A DNA stretch of 64,000 nucleotides, taken from NCBI GenBank assembly GCA_003216595.1, contig QCIQ01000005.1:7366-71365 (forward strand), in the 5' to 3' direction. Below the pieces are notes generated by a model. That model saw only the letters and a program-made list of their open reading frames with translations. It made no database searches and was not told the origin of the DNA. The number at the start of each line of letters is the position of its first letter. The first letter of the stretch is position 1. Shown piece after piece: positions 38,921 through 48,845 of the stretch. Position numbers and translations under genes: made by a program. The DNA is from Prochlorococcus sp. AG-402-M18 (GTDB lineage Bacteria > Cyanobacteriota > Cyanobacteriia > PCC-6307 > Cyanobiaceae).

Positions 38921-40377
38921 AAGAAGTAAAAGCAAAAGAAGATTGTGTTGTTTTAACTAAGGATCAAGAAAAATCTCTTGAATTATTTTGTGAATGGCTA
39001 AAGGCCCCATATTCATTTAAACCATTTGTAATGAAAGGCTTTGCAGGAAGTGGAAAGACATATTTATCTATGAAATTATTAAAAAAGGTCGATGAGTTAG
39101 GTTTGAGTTGGACGGTAGTTGCACCAACTCATAAAGCTGTAGGTGTATTGAGGGAATGTTTAAAAAACGAATCTATTCAACCTTCATGGTTCCCCTCTAC
39201 CATTCATCGATTGCTTCGACTTAAGTTACAAAGACAAGCGGATGTCGAAATATGTGAAAAAACAGATCAAACCGAGAACTCTTTGGAAAATTTAGGACTT
39301 GTTTTAATTGATGAAGCATCAATGATTGATTCTAAATTATTGGAGATAACTCTTGAATGCGCAAGATGCAATACGACTCGTTTGGTTTTTGTTGGTGATC
39401 CTGCTCAACTTCCGCCTGTGGGAGAAAGCTCTAGCTCAGTTTTTTTATTGAAACGAGCAGTAAATACAGAACTTAGGGAAGTAGTTCGTCATCAAGGACC
39501 TGTTCTGAAATTGGCAAAGATAATTAGAGACGGGCAAATTCCTTGTAGGCAACCTCCAATATTGCCAGTTATTAATTCTAAGAAAGGTAATGTTGGAATA
39601 TTAGATAGAAATAGTTGGCTTGAAAGAGCTAAATCATCATTGAGATTGTCTTCCTTAGAGGATGATCACGATAAAGCAAGAATTTTGTGCTACACGAATA
39701 GAATTGTAGATAATTTAGTTCCTCATGCCAGGAAAGCTATTCATGGTGATATGGCAGATCAATATCAGGTTTTACCTGGGGAAGTTTTAATAAGCCGTAA
39801 GGCTGTCATGGTAAATGCTTCATTGAAAGAGGATGAGCTTGGAGAAGAGCCAGATATTTTAATTAGTTCCAACAGAGAGATGGTGGTCGAAGATGTAATT
39901 CCAAATAGTTTTGACTTGGCCTCTTTAGGAATCCATCAAGATTTTGAAAATCCTCTCCCTGTTATTGAAACTCAAATAGTTAAAGTCAGCTGTGATCAAA
40001 AAGAATTTTCTTTGAGATTAATGCCTCAAATAGGATCTAAATCTCGTGTCGATTTGGACCTTTCTTTGAATGAATTGAGTAATCAGGCTCGAGAGAGAGG
40101 AAGAAAAAATAGTGCATTGATTTGGAAACTTTTCTTTTTTATAAGAGATTCATTCGCTTCTTTAGGTCCTGCTTCTGTCCTTACAATTCACAGAAGTCAA
40201 GGAAGTACTTTTGGAGAAGTGTTCATTACTTCTGATGTCTTTTGGCCTAAAGATCTTGAATTTAGAAGACGGCTTGTATACGTTGCTGTAAGCAGAGCGA
40301 GTAAAGGAGTTTGGATTGTTGGTGATCAAAAAAGCAAGATGAATCAAGCTCTTTTAGAGAAATTATTAATCGAGTAA
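38917..40377 (+). CDS. RecD-like superfamily 1 DNA helicase
   Basis: 486 aa with Walker A GFAGSGKTY, Walker B LVLIDEASMI, VFVGDPAQLPPV, and the C-terminal motif TIHRSQGSTF...YVAVSRA. The GTG start overlaps the upstream stop (GTGA). Confidence 0.8.
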   Translation: MKEVKAKEDCVVLTKDQEKSLELFCEWLKAPYSFKPFVMKGFAGSGKTYLSMKLLKKVDELGLSWTVVAPTHKAVGVLRECLKNESIQPSWFPSTIHRLLRLKLQRQADVEICEKTDQTENSLENLGLVLIDEASMIDSKLLEITLECARCNTTRLVFVGDPAQLPPVGESSSSVFLLKRAVNTELREVVRHQGPVLKLAKIIRDGQIPCRQPPILPVINSKKGNVGILDRNSWLERAKSSLRLSSLEDDHDKARILCYTNRIVDNLVPHARKAIHGDMADQYQVLPGEVLISRKAVMVNASLKEDELGEEPDILISSNREMVVEDVIPNSFDLASLGIHQDFENPLPVIETQIVKVSCDQKEFSLRLMPQIGSKSRVDLDLSLNELSNQARERGRKNSALIWKLFFFIRDSFASLGPASVLTIHRSQGSTFGEVFITSDVFWPKDLEFRRRLVYVAVSRASKGVWIVGDQKSKMNQALLEKLLIE

Positions 40378-40410
40378 TTTGAAAGTGTTATTTTTAAAAA
40401 CAGATTTACT

Positions 40411-41766
40411 TTATGCATGCTTAATTATACTTCTTTTCCAATTTTCTACTATAAGAGGCGAACTTGACCAATGAAGATGTATCCAGCTTGCATGAATTAA
40501 ATGATTACAAAAACCTTCACTTTTAATCTCCATGTTCCATCCTTTGATATCCCATAGGTTATTTATTTTTGAATTATAATTTGAATTAATTATTTCCCAA
40601 CGGTGAAACTCATGACCTATTAGTTTATTTCCAGGATTGGTAATAGGACTTTTATTTTTACTTGTTACTTCTCTGTAACCAATTTCTAAATCTCCCTTTT
40701 TAGCCTTAAAAGGTAATATTCCAGCCATTGAATGTTCTCTCCCTTCAATATCAAATATACTTTTACCCAAAAGCATCATCCCGCCACATTCAGCGTATAT
40801 AGGAAATTTCTTTGAGAACATTTTTATTGAGTTCAGGGTTATCTTTGAATTACTTAATTGGGTTGCATGTTGCTCAGGAAAACCACCGGGTATTATTAAT
40901 CCTTTTGCTTCTTCTGGAATCTGTTCGTTTTCAAGAGGTTTCCAAGTAATAGTTGGCATTCCATTCCTCTCTAATAATTCTTTTGTTTCTTGATACCTAA
41001 AATGGAAAGCCTCATCGTCAGCGATAGCAATTGGATGAATAAATCCTGGTTCTTTTTTTTGCAAGAAATAAATTGTTTTGTTGATAGCTTTTGGAGGTAA
41101 TAAAAGCCTTCTAAGACTTTCAATGTCTAGAAAATCTTTAGCTATTGATGCCCATTTTTTTATTTTGATTTCTAAGTCTTTAATTTCATGAGCTGGAGCC
41201 AAACCTAAATGCCTTGCTGGAAGATATAAGTCTTTGCATGAAGGAAGAGAACCTAATGATTTTATATTGATTTGATCAAGAACTTCTAATAATATTTTTT
41301 GATGTCTAGGAGATTGAACATTATTGAGAATAACGCCTGCAATTTTTAGTTCCTTATCATGCTCGCTAAATCCTTTTATTAAGGCTGCTAATGACGCAGC
41401 CTTCCCTCTAGCATCAACAATTAGAACTACTGGCAGACTTAAAAATTTAGCTAATTCAGCCGTACTACCTTTTGAACTACTGCCAATCCCATCGAATAAT
41501 CCCATTACACCTTCAATAAACGAATAATCAGTTAATCCTCCGAAGTGATTAAAATTTTCTTTAACCCAAGTTTCACCAGAGAGAATTAAATCAAGATTGC
41601 GACAAGCTTTGTTTGAGGCAGCGGTGAGCTGTTGAGGGTCTAAATAATCAGGTCCAACTTTAAAAGTCTGAACTGTTTTATTTATGCTTTTTAACCAGGA
41701 AATTAATAGAAGACTTACAAGAGTTTTACCACTGTTACTTGATATTGCAGAGATTACGCATGCCAT
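40411..41766 (-). CDS. cobB: Cobyrinic acid a,c-diamide synthase
   Basis: 451 aa with an N-terminal P-loop-like SSNSGKT, a CobQ/CobB ATPase domain, and a C-terminal glutamine amidotransferase domain (YAECGGMMLLG). Confidence 0.88.
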   Translation of the reverse strand: MACVISAISSNSGKTLVSLLLISWLKSINKTVQTFKVGPDYLDPQQLTAASNKACRNLDLILSGETWVKENFNHFGGLTDYSFIEGVMGLFDGIGSSSKGSTAELAKFLSLPVVLIVDARGKAASLAALIKGFSEHDKELKIAGVILNNVQSPRHQKILLEVLDQINIKSLGSLPSCKDLYLPARHLGLAPAHEIKDLEIKIKKWASIAKDFLDIESLRRLLLPPKAINKTIYFLQKKEPGFIHPIAIADDEAFHFRYQETKELLERNGMPTITWKPLENEQIPEEAKGLIIPGGFPEQHATQLSNSKITLNSIKMFSKKFPIYAECGGMMLLGKSIFDIEGREHSMAGILPFKAKKGDLEIGYREVTSKNKSPITNPGNKLIGHEFHRWEIINSNYNSKINNLWDIKGWNMEIKSEGFCNHLIHASWIHLHWSSSPLIVENWKRSIIKHA

Positions 41767-41779
41767 CTAATTACTAGAT

Positions 41780-43087
41780 TTATTTGGCTTGATTAACTAA
41801 ATCAAGCATTTCTTTCGCAATTGGTGTTGCACTCGCAAGTAAAGGACTTGTATTGCCTCTACTGCTAGAGAGTAAACGAGCAACATCATTTTCTAAAGAG
41901 TGTTTTTGAATAGGAACGACTTGTTCAATAAGTTCCATTCTTGCCATCCCCCCAGCTTCTAATCTCATACATTCACCAGATTCTGATGCGAGAATGACAC
42001 AAATATCGTTTTTTTGTTCGTTTTTGGCTTTAGCAATTAATCTCAAACCAACTATTTGGCCGGGGTTTATACTTGGCTTTCCAATTGGTAGAGATGTTAC
42101 ACCTACTTCAACTGGAGTTTTATCAGGACGAAGAAAATTAACTTTAAGCTGATCTTTTTTTGAGAATATGCAATTTTTAAGTTTCCAGTTGAGGCGATCG
42201 GCAAGCCATGCAGCAAGTAAAAGGCCTTGAACTGTTTGAGAGCCCTCTATATCGATATCAATTTTTTGCAAATTTTCAAGAGTATTTCTTCTTTGAAGTG
42301 GATCAAATACCATCGCCAAGGTTTCTCTCCAACCTCTAAGACGAAGCCAATTTAGGTCGTTAACAGCTTGTCCAGATTGAATTCTTTGAAGCAATAAATT
42401 TAAGCAGACAATTGGTTCACCTTGAGCAGTATCTATAATTAATCTTCTATTTGGCAGCGCTAGAGCGTTAAGGAACTCAGGAGCTTCGTCAACTCTTCCA
42501 TTCCACCACAACCAAGAGGGTAGTTCTTCAGGAACAAGAGTCTCAACAATTTCAAGCCCCTCATTGATTGCGGATTTATTGCCTCTTAAAACAATTACGT
42601 CGCCACAAGCTGTCTTGCCTCCACCTTCCTCAGGAAGAGGACAATATGCGGCTACTAAAGTTTCTAAATTATTGTCTTTTTCAATTGTTGGAGCAATGGT
42701 TATTAATCTTCGAGGTTGCAAATTACTTATTGAGGTGTCAATGTGTTGCCCCCTAAGGTCTTCTACATTTTTAATTAACTCTTCAGATTGAATTGAAGTC
42801 TGAACCCTAAAATCCAATGGTGAAGTGCTGTTAGGCAGATCTCCTTTTAAAATAATTTCTCTTGCAGCTTCTATAAGGTCATTTCTTTGACTCCCTACTA
42901 CTGGGCCAGATATTTTCCCAGTTTTAACTAATTTTTGCTCAATCCAAGCAGGTTGCCAGACAATCAAACAAAAAGTGTTGGCTCCTTTATCTCCTCGTTC
43001 ATCGTGAGACCAGAGTTGCTCTAGATATGTAGGAATTTCAGATGGAGGAAGCTGAAGAGGCGTTTGTAGGGTTAATTGAGGAGACAT
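41780..43087 (-). CDS. opcA: Glucose-6-phosphate dehydrogenase assembly protein OpcA
   Basis: 435 aa located immediately downstream of zwf, as is usual in cyanobacteria. It has the family-like N-terminus (IPTYLEQLW, FCLIVWQP). Confidence 0.85.
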   Translation of the reverse strand: MSPQLTLQTPLQLPPSEIPTYLEQLWSHDERGDKGANTFCLIVWQPAWIEQKLVKTGKISGPVVGSQRNDLIEAAREIILKGDLPNSTSPLDFRVQTSIQSEELIKNVEDLRGQHIDTSISNLQPRRLITIAPTIEKDNNLETLVAAYCPLPEEGGGKTACGDVIVLRGNKSAINEGLEIVETLVPEELPSWLWWNGRVDEAPEFLNALALPNRRLIIDTAQGEPIVCLNLLLQRIQSGQAVNDLNWLRLRGWRETLAMVFDPLQRRNTLENLQKIDIDIEGSQTVQGLLLAAWLADRLNWKLKNCIFSKKDQLKVNFLRPDKTPVEVGVTSLPIGKPSINPGQIVGLRLIAKAKNEQKNDICVILASESGECMRLEAGGMARMELIEQVVPIQKHSLENDVARLLSSSRGNTSPLLASATPIAKEMLDLVNQAK

Positions 43088-43124
43088 TTAATTTGGTTCG
43101 AATAAAGATTTAGATTCAATTTTT

Positions 43125-44666
43125 TCAAGGTCTTCTCCATAGAAGTTGATCTTTTCCAATAAGTAAGTCTGATTCAGTTGGCCCCCAAGTTCTTGATTCA
43201 TATTGATATACAGGTAATTCCCAGGGAGAATCCTCAATCTTATCTAGTAGAGGAGTGTACAAACGCCAAGCAGCCTCTACTTCATCACTTCGAGTAAACA
43301 ATGTTGGATCTCCAAGCATTGCATCTGCAAGGAGTCTTACATAACCTTCATCTGATGGCTCGCCAAAAGATTCGTCATAAGAAAACTCCATTTTTACTGG
43401 TCTACTTCTCATCCCAGACCCTGGTGATTTCACCTCAAAACTAAATTCAGCTCCTTCGTTGGGTTGAATCCTGAGAATTAATTGGTTTGATGTTGGGCAT
43501 CCTCCTGCTGCGTCAAAAAGGTGAACGGGAGCTTCTCTAAATGTAAGAACAACCTCACTAAGTCTTTTAGCTAATCTTTTCCCTGTCCTCACATAAAAAG
43601 GGACTCCCTGCCATCTCCAATTATCTATGAAAAGCTTCATGGCTACGTATGTTTCTGTTGTACTGTTTGGATTAACACCTGGTTCTTCTCTATATCCAAG
43701 GAGAGGATCTTCATCGCTACCTCCTTTTGAGTACTGTCCTCTAACGCAGCATTCCCAAGGCTTTTCTTCATTGGCAAGCTTTACTGCTTGGAGAACTTTG
43801 GCTTTTTCATTCCTTATGGCTTCTGGATCAAAATGTCCAGGTGGTTCCATAGCCGTTAGAGCAAGCATTTGAGTTAAATGATTTTGAACCATATCTCTTA
43901 GAGCTCCTGAAGATTCGTAATATCCAGCTCGATCTTCAACTCCAACTGTTTCGGAACTCGTAATTTGAACACTAGAGATATAATTTCTGTTCCAAATAGG
44001 TTCAAAAATCGTGTTTGCAAATCTCAGAACAAGAATATTTTGAACGGTTTCTTTGCCTAAATAATGATCTATTCGAAAAATTTGACTTTCTTGAGCACAA
44101 CTTTGAACGAGAGAATTGAGTGACTGAGCACTATTAAAGTCTCTTCCAAAAGGTTTTTCAATTACAACCCTGCTACGTTTGGGATCTTTTAATAACCCTG
44201 CAGCAGCTAAGGCTCTGCATCCACTTCCATAGAATTTGGGAGAAACTGAAAGGTAAAAAGTTCGATGGCCGTGAGTTGCTTTTAACTTATCAATTATTTC
44301 AAGTCTTTCACCTAGTTTTACGAGGTGATCTGGTTGTTGCAGGTCTACAGGTTCATAGAAAAGATTTTGAGAAAATAGTCCCCATTCTTGTGGACTTTCT
44401 TTTATGTGAGAAGAAAGAGCTTCTTCCATCTTTTCTTTAAATATTTCATCAGTCCATGGTCTTCTTGCGCAGCCTAAAACCGCAAACTCACTTGGTAATC
44501 TTCGTTGCTTAAAGAGCTCGAATAAAGCAGGAACAAGTTTCCTGTGTGTTAGATCACCTGAGGCTCCAAATATAACCAGACATTGAGGAGGAACTACTCG
44601 CTCTTGGCGAAGACCAATTCTCAATGGGTTTGTTACTGGCATGCTCATTGATAAATTCCTTGCCAA
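43125..44666 (-). CDS. zwf: Glucose-6-phosphate 1-dehydrogenase
   Basis: Contains GASGDLTHRKL, the active-site RIDHYLGKE, and EKPFG. The start could be the TTG at 44666 or the ATG six codons downstream at 44648. Confidence 0.95.
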   Translation of the reverse strand: MARNLSMSMPVTNPLRIGLRQERVVPPQCLVIFGASGDLTHRKLVPALFELFKQRRLPSEFAVLGCARRPWTDEIFKEKMEEALSSHIKESPQEWGLFSQNLFYEPVDLQQPDHLVKLGERLEIIDKLKATHGHRTFYLSVSPKFYGSGCRALAAAGLLKDPKRSRVVIEKPFGRDFNSAQSLNSLVQSCAQESQIFRIDHYLGKETVQNILVLRFANTIFEPIWNRNYISSVQITSSETVGVEDRAGYYESSGALRDMVQNHLTQMLALTAMEPPGHFDPEAIRNEKAKVLQAVKLANEEKPWECCVRGQYSKGGSDEDPLLGYREEPGVNPNSTTETYVAMKLFIDNWRWQGVPFYVRTGKRLAKRLSEVVLTFREAPVHLFDAAGGCPTSNQLILRIQPNEGAEFSFEVKSPGSGMRSRPVKMEFSYDESFGEPSDEGYVRLLADAMLGDPTLFTRSDEVEAAWRLYTPLLDKIEDSPWELPVYQYESRTWGPTESDLLIGKDQLLWRRP

Positions 44667-44817
44667 TTAGATTAGAAATATTATCCAAATTGCTTCTAAT
44701 CATTCCGACATATTATGGTCGGATGTCCAAAAACAAAATTGATATTGATTGATTAAATATAGAAAAAATATTTCTAAAGTAATTAATAATTATCGCTTTC
44801 CAGACTTTTTTATTTAT

Positions 44818-45978
<1,161 letters not shown>

Positions 45979-46243
45979 TTAAATTAGAAAATGAGATTAC
46001 CAAGAAGAGGTAACTTTTAGCTGTTTTATTTTGATATTACTAATTCATTAGTTCACCTTTTGATACCGTCACAAGATCTTCCCTCTTCTTAGATCCCTCT
46101 GAAAATGGGTTTTTAGTGATTATGAAAATTTTTTTTGATTCAACAAAAATTTTCCCTTAGATTATTTTTATGTATTTTTTTTGGGGAAAAAGCAATTTAT
46201 AAATAGCTTATACGTTAAGAAAATCAAAGTTATTAAAATTATT

Positions 46244-46288
46244 AAAAAACTTCTATGGGGTGATCTCTCCCCGTAGAAGTTTTTTTTC
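46244..46288. terminator. Rho-independent terminator (symmetric) downstream of tRNA-Glu
   Basis: 12-bp stem acttctatgggg/ccccgtagaagt with one G-U pair and an 8-nt loop. An A6 run precedes it and a T8 run follows it. Confidence 0.7.
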
Positions 46289-46304
46289 TTAAAAACCTTA
46301 TTTA

Positions 46305-46377
46305 TAGCCCCAAGGGGATTCGAACCCCTGTCGCCTCCGTGAAAGGGAGGTGTCCTAGGCCTCTAGACGATGGGGCC
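46305..46377 (-). tRNA. trnE: tRNA-Glu (anticodon UUC)
   Basis: The minus strand reads GGCCCCATCGTCTAGAGGCCTAGGACACCTCCCTTTCACGGAGGCGACAGGGGTTCGAATCCCCTTGGGGCTA. It folds as a cloverleaf with anticodon loop CTTTCAC, T-loop GGTTCGAATCC, and no encoded CCA. Confidence 0.93.
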
Positions 46378-46426
46378 AGATGCAGTGATAAATCACTCAA
46401 TAAGTAATTGTTATCACAATTGAAAG

Positions 46427-47584
46427 TTACGGGCCCGCCTTGCCACTCGTCAAGGCTTCTTGATCCTTCTTTTGGCCACGCCATACAGGAACAGTGAAGT
46501 AGAAACATGCACCTTCGGTTGGTTTAGAAACTACCCAGATCTTGCCACCATGCACTTCAACAATTCTTCTGCAAACTGAAAGACCAATGCCAAAGCCGAT
46601 TGTCTCTTGAGAAGTTTGCGGAAGCCGCACTCGGTCAACAAATATTCTTTGTTGCTCTTCCGATGGGATACCAGGCCCATTATCTCGAACAATTACTTCA
46701 ACCCATTGATTTGTTCTGTGAAGCATTGTTATAAAAATTTCACCTTCGTCTTCGGAAAATTTCAATGCATTTTCTATGAGGTTTAGCAAAACCTGCATCA
46801 TTCTTCTTTGATCTGCGAATACGAAGGGCAAATCAGATGGAATATCAGTATTTATTTTTATTTTGCGATTAAGCCAAAGCTTTTCAAGTTCGAGAATTGA
46901 TTCAGCAGCAATATTCGCAAGATCAACTTTTTGAGGATTAAACAAAGTTTCCCAACGAGTACTGCCAACTTCTAATAAGTCCTTTGAAAGTAATTCAATT
47001 TCTTCTAGCCTTCTTTTGAGGACTTCTTGAAATTTAGACATACTGATTTGTCCAAGTTTTTGACTTTGAAGAGCTAAACCAGCTGCCGTTAATGGAGTTC
47101 TCAATTCATGTGCAACCATTCTTAGGAGACTTTCCTGAGAATGTATTTTTTTAGTGAGAGTTTCATTCTCTTGTCGTAGAACAAGGAGGTCATCCTCTAG
47201 AAGAAGTTCTTTTTGTGTTTGATTGGATTCAACTGTTTTGGCTTTAAGATTTATTCCTATTCCGTTAATTAAGCCTTCATGTTGCCATCTAGGAATCCAA
47301 GTTTTAACTTGTTCAAAAATCGAACTCCCAGCAAAGATTTGCTTAGGTGAAGGTTCTATTTTTATTAGTGCAGGAAGCGCTACTAATCTATAAAGCTCAA
47401 GTAATTCAGGATTATCAGAGGGATCTGAAAAATCAAGAATAACGTTAAATCCACAATCTTCTCTTTCCAAATATTCAATTAACGAACGAATATCTCTCCT
47501 TGAGAGATGGTGACGAGATGCCACAAGCAACAGTTTTAACTGTCGTCTGTTGTCAGCTTCGGCACTATCCACAGTGTCGAGCAA
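46427..47584 (-). CDS. sasA: Adaptive-response sensor histidine kinase SasA (circadian clock output)
   Basis: 385 aa with an N-terminal KaiB-like thioredoxin fold ([13 protein letters not shown]...LPALIKIEP), the HisKA H-box HELRTPL, and an HATPase_c domain (DNGPGIP, GFGIGLS). TTG start. Confidence 0.88.
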   Translation of the reverse strand: MLDTVDSAEADNRRQLKLLLVASRHHLSRRDIRSLIEYLEREDCGFNVILDFSDPSDNPELLELYRLVALPALIKIEPSPKQIFAGSSIFEQVKTWIPRWQHEGLINGIGINLKAKTVESNQTQKELLLEDDLLVLRQENETLTKKIHSQESLLRMVAHELRTPLTAAGLALQSQKLGQISMSKFQEVLKRRLEEIELLSKDLLEVGSTRWETLFNPQKVDLANIAAESILELEKLWLNRKIKINTDIPSDLPFVFADQRRMMQVLLNLIENALKFSEDEGEIFITMLHRTNQWVEVIVRDNGPGIPSEEQQRIFVDRVRLPQTSQETIGFGIGLSVCRRIVEVHGGKIWVVSKPTEGACFYFTVPVWRGQKKDQEALTSGKAGP

Positions 47585-47679
47585 TTTAAATAATTACGCA
47601 TACCTTAAGGTAATGAGACTCATTTTAGGTATTAGCTAATAATTAAGTGAATACTTTTTAAATCTCTCAGCCCCAGGAA

Positions 47680-48237
47680 ATGGCTATTTCTCATTCATCT
47701 GGTATTGAAAGAATTAAAAACTCCTCAGCAGGTATTGATCGACTTAGGATTGACTTCGATAGTAATTTAAGGCGATGGTTTGGACGGAATATTGGTTTAT
47801 GGCATTCTAAAAGACAATATTTTTTTGATGAAGAAAAGGCTATTAATTTGGAAATGTATATAAATATAAGCAAGTTAGTTCAAAGTGACTTGGGACATGA
47901 AAGCTATAGGTTTAAGTGGTGGTGCGAAGATGAAAAAGATTTTTTTATCAAAAGACCTAGTTATAAACGAGAAGGTGTAATAACAGCTCGACTCCAAGGT
48001 CATCAACTCATACGTGATTGTTCTTATTTATCTGATTCTTCATGCATATCAAACATTAGGCAAGTTGATGAACACGAATTGATCTTTGAGTCTAATTATG
48101 ATAACTGGCATGTATTAGAACATACACGCTTAATAGATCAAGATAAATTTAGATCTAGAAATATTTATAGTTGGTTCAATGATCAGTTGAAAATAGTTGA
48201 AAATCACCACGAAATCAGGATTAAGAATCCCAACTAA
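47680..48237 (+). CDS. CpcS/CpeS-like (phycobiliprotein lyase family) protein, tentative
   Basis: 185 aa. The segment WFGRNIGLWHSKRQYFF resembles the family N-terminal signature F..S.G.W.S.R. The size fits a lipocalin-like lyase. The assignment is from memory only. Confidence 0.45.
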   Translation: MAISHSSGIERIKNSSAGIDRLRIDFDSNLRRWFGRNIGLWHSKRQYFFDEEKAINLEMYINISKLVQSDLGHESYRFKWWCEDEKDFFIKRPSYKREGVITARLQGHQLIRDCSYLSDSSCISNIRQVDEHELIFESNYDNWHVLEHTRLIDQDKFRSRNIYSWFNDQLKIVENHHEIRIKNPN

Positions 48238-48350
48238 TTGGATAGTGAAAATTATTTAATTTACCTTAAACGTAATATTGTATAGTTTAATTAGCAACTA
48301 GGAATCTAATTTAGGTTTTTTGCTAAATGATGTTTTTGGATTGAATTCTC

Positions 48351-48797
48351 TTGAGTAAATTAATTAAATCTTTAACTGAGAAAATCTTGGCAATATCTTT
48401 TTTAACCATTCTGATCTCGACTGCTACCAGCACTTCTTCTTTAAGTAAAGAAAATAAGCTTGTTAAGGCAAGTCGTTCGGATATGCTTTTATATGGCCAA
48501 ATCTTTTCTAATTATTTTTGTATTGCTAGAAGATCCAAGGTTAAATTCGATGATGCTATTTCTCTAGCTGCAAATAATTTAACTTCAATCATAATTAACA
48601 AACATGGAGGCCTTTTAGAGGAATTAGAAGGAAAAACCATAACAACAAACCAATTGCTTAATGGGTCATCTAATGTGATTGTTGAATCTGCAGTATTAAC
48701 TTGTCCTGATCAAGTACCAGAGAAGATAGAGAGAAAAGTAAGAAAGGCTATTGAAGAAAGAGCAAAGTCAATTAAGAAAGAAGGAAAAAAGAATTAA
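48351..48797 (+). CDS. Hypothetical secreted protein
   Basis: 148 aa with a signal-like N-terminus (ILAISFLTILISTATSTSS) and a Lys-rich C-terminus. TTG start. I recognise no family. Confidence 0.4.
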   Translation: MSKLIKSLTEKILAISFLTILISTATSTSSLSKENKLVKASRSDMLLYGQIFSNYFCIARRSKVKFDDAISLAANNLTSIIINKHGGLLEELEGKTITTNQLLNGSSNVIVESAVLTCPDQVPEKIERKVRKAIEERAKSIKKEGKKN

Positions 48798-48845
48798 TTA
48801 GCTTTTAAATAGATGATATGATAGTAATTTAGAAAATAATTCTAT

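Noticed and set aside
46302-46508. 68-aa minus-strand ORF from the ORF track
   Set aside because: It runs straight through tRNA-Glu (46305-46377) and overlaps the sasA 3' end. It is an artefact of the open frame.
47601-47612. 12-bp palindrome TACCTTAAGGTA in the sasA / CpeS-like divergent region
   Set aside because: By my rough estimate, dozens of 6+6 palindromes are expected by chance in 64 kb of this base composition, so it is not significant on its own.
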